From an uncultured Candidatus Moduliflexus sp. (GTDB lineage: Bacteria > Moduliflexota > Moduliflexia > Moduliflexales > Moduliflexaceae), in contig CAZRSF010000004.1 of NCBI GenBank assembly GCA_964602655.1, positions 1 to 37,474 on the forward strand: a stretch of DNA of 37,474 bases, read 5' to 3'. Positions 37,409 through 37,474 of the stretch are shown piece by piece. How positions within the stretch are numbered: the stretch's first letter is position 1; the number at the start of each line of letters is the position of its first letter. The position numbers were made by a program, and so were the translations under genes. Below the pieces are notes generated by a model. That model had not been told where the DNA came from, ran no database searches, and saw nothing but the letters and a program-made list of their open reading frames with translations.

Positions 37409-37474
37409 ATGACAGAGATTCTTGAACGCGTAAAACAAGACAATATTAAGTTCGTACAACTCCAATTTACTGAC
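37409..37474 (+). CDS. glnA: Glutamine synthetase type I, N-terminal 22 codons (3'-truncated by window edge)
   Basis: MTEILERVKQDNIKFVQLQFTD matches the conserved GS-I N-terminus (..VKFV.LRFTD..). Not in the ORF track because it is shorter than 60 aa. Confidence 0.7.
   Translation, partial: MTEILERVKQDNIKFVQLQFTD

Noticed and set aside
1-37474. Mobile elements, CRISPR arrays, rRNA/tRNA genes
   Set aside because: No transposase/integrase/recombinase-like ORFs, no regularly spaced direct repeats, and no tRNA- or rRNA-like sequences were found. The AT-rich blocks lack flanking direct or inverted repeats that would mark an IS or integrative element.

Overview
This 37.5-kb window looks bacterial. 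Most genes are about 55-60% GC by eye, with several clearly AT-rich patches. Almost the whole window from ~27.4 kb down to 5.5 kb is one tightly packed minus-strand gene array. Reading it in transcription order it runs: Xaa-Pro aminopeptidase, a secreted phosphodiester-glycosidase-like protein, dapA, dapB, a NUDIX hydrolase, a CheA-REC hybrid kinase and a REC-GAF-histidine-kinase hybrid. That last gene is translationally coupled (ATGA overlap) to an 11-gene glycan-biosynthesis cluster. The cluster holds five GT4 glycosyltransferases, one GT2, one GT-C fold ArnT/PMT-like transferase, a Wzy/O-antigen-ligase-like membrane protein, an SGNH hydrolase/acyltransferase-like protein and three methyltransferases (a B12-binding radical SAM, an FkbM-type and a class I SAM enzyme). 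The 3' third of the window is a conserved ffh-rpsP-KH-rimM-trmD-(SPOUT-like)-rplS core-translation cluster, followed by an AT-rich nadA plus NifS-like cysteine desulfurase block, rnhB, an M23 peptidase, and the first 22 codons of glnA behind a 625-bp AT-rich leader. The 5' end carries a partial SpoIIM-like (DUF95) gene coupled to an RDD-family gene, an AT-rich orphan ORF and a secreted TPR-like protein. The stand-out feature is a monocistronic 829-aa plus-strand gene at 2989-5478. Its product shows the periodic GP..(Y/F).P.P.E repeats, a band-7/SPFH-like shoulder region and an Ala/Gln-rich cap-helix coiled coil, which is the architecture of the eukaryotic major vault protein. It sits behind an unusually long, structured 525-bp leader and ends at a strong bidirectional hairpin terminator. 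I found no tRNA or rRNA genes, CRISPR arrays, or transposase/integrase ORFs. All CDS coordinates include the stop codon. Several start codons were re-picked relative to the ORF track using ribosome-binding-site and homology logic.
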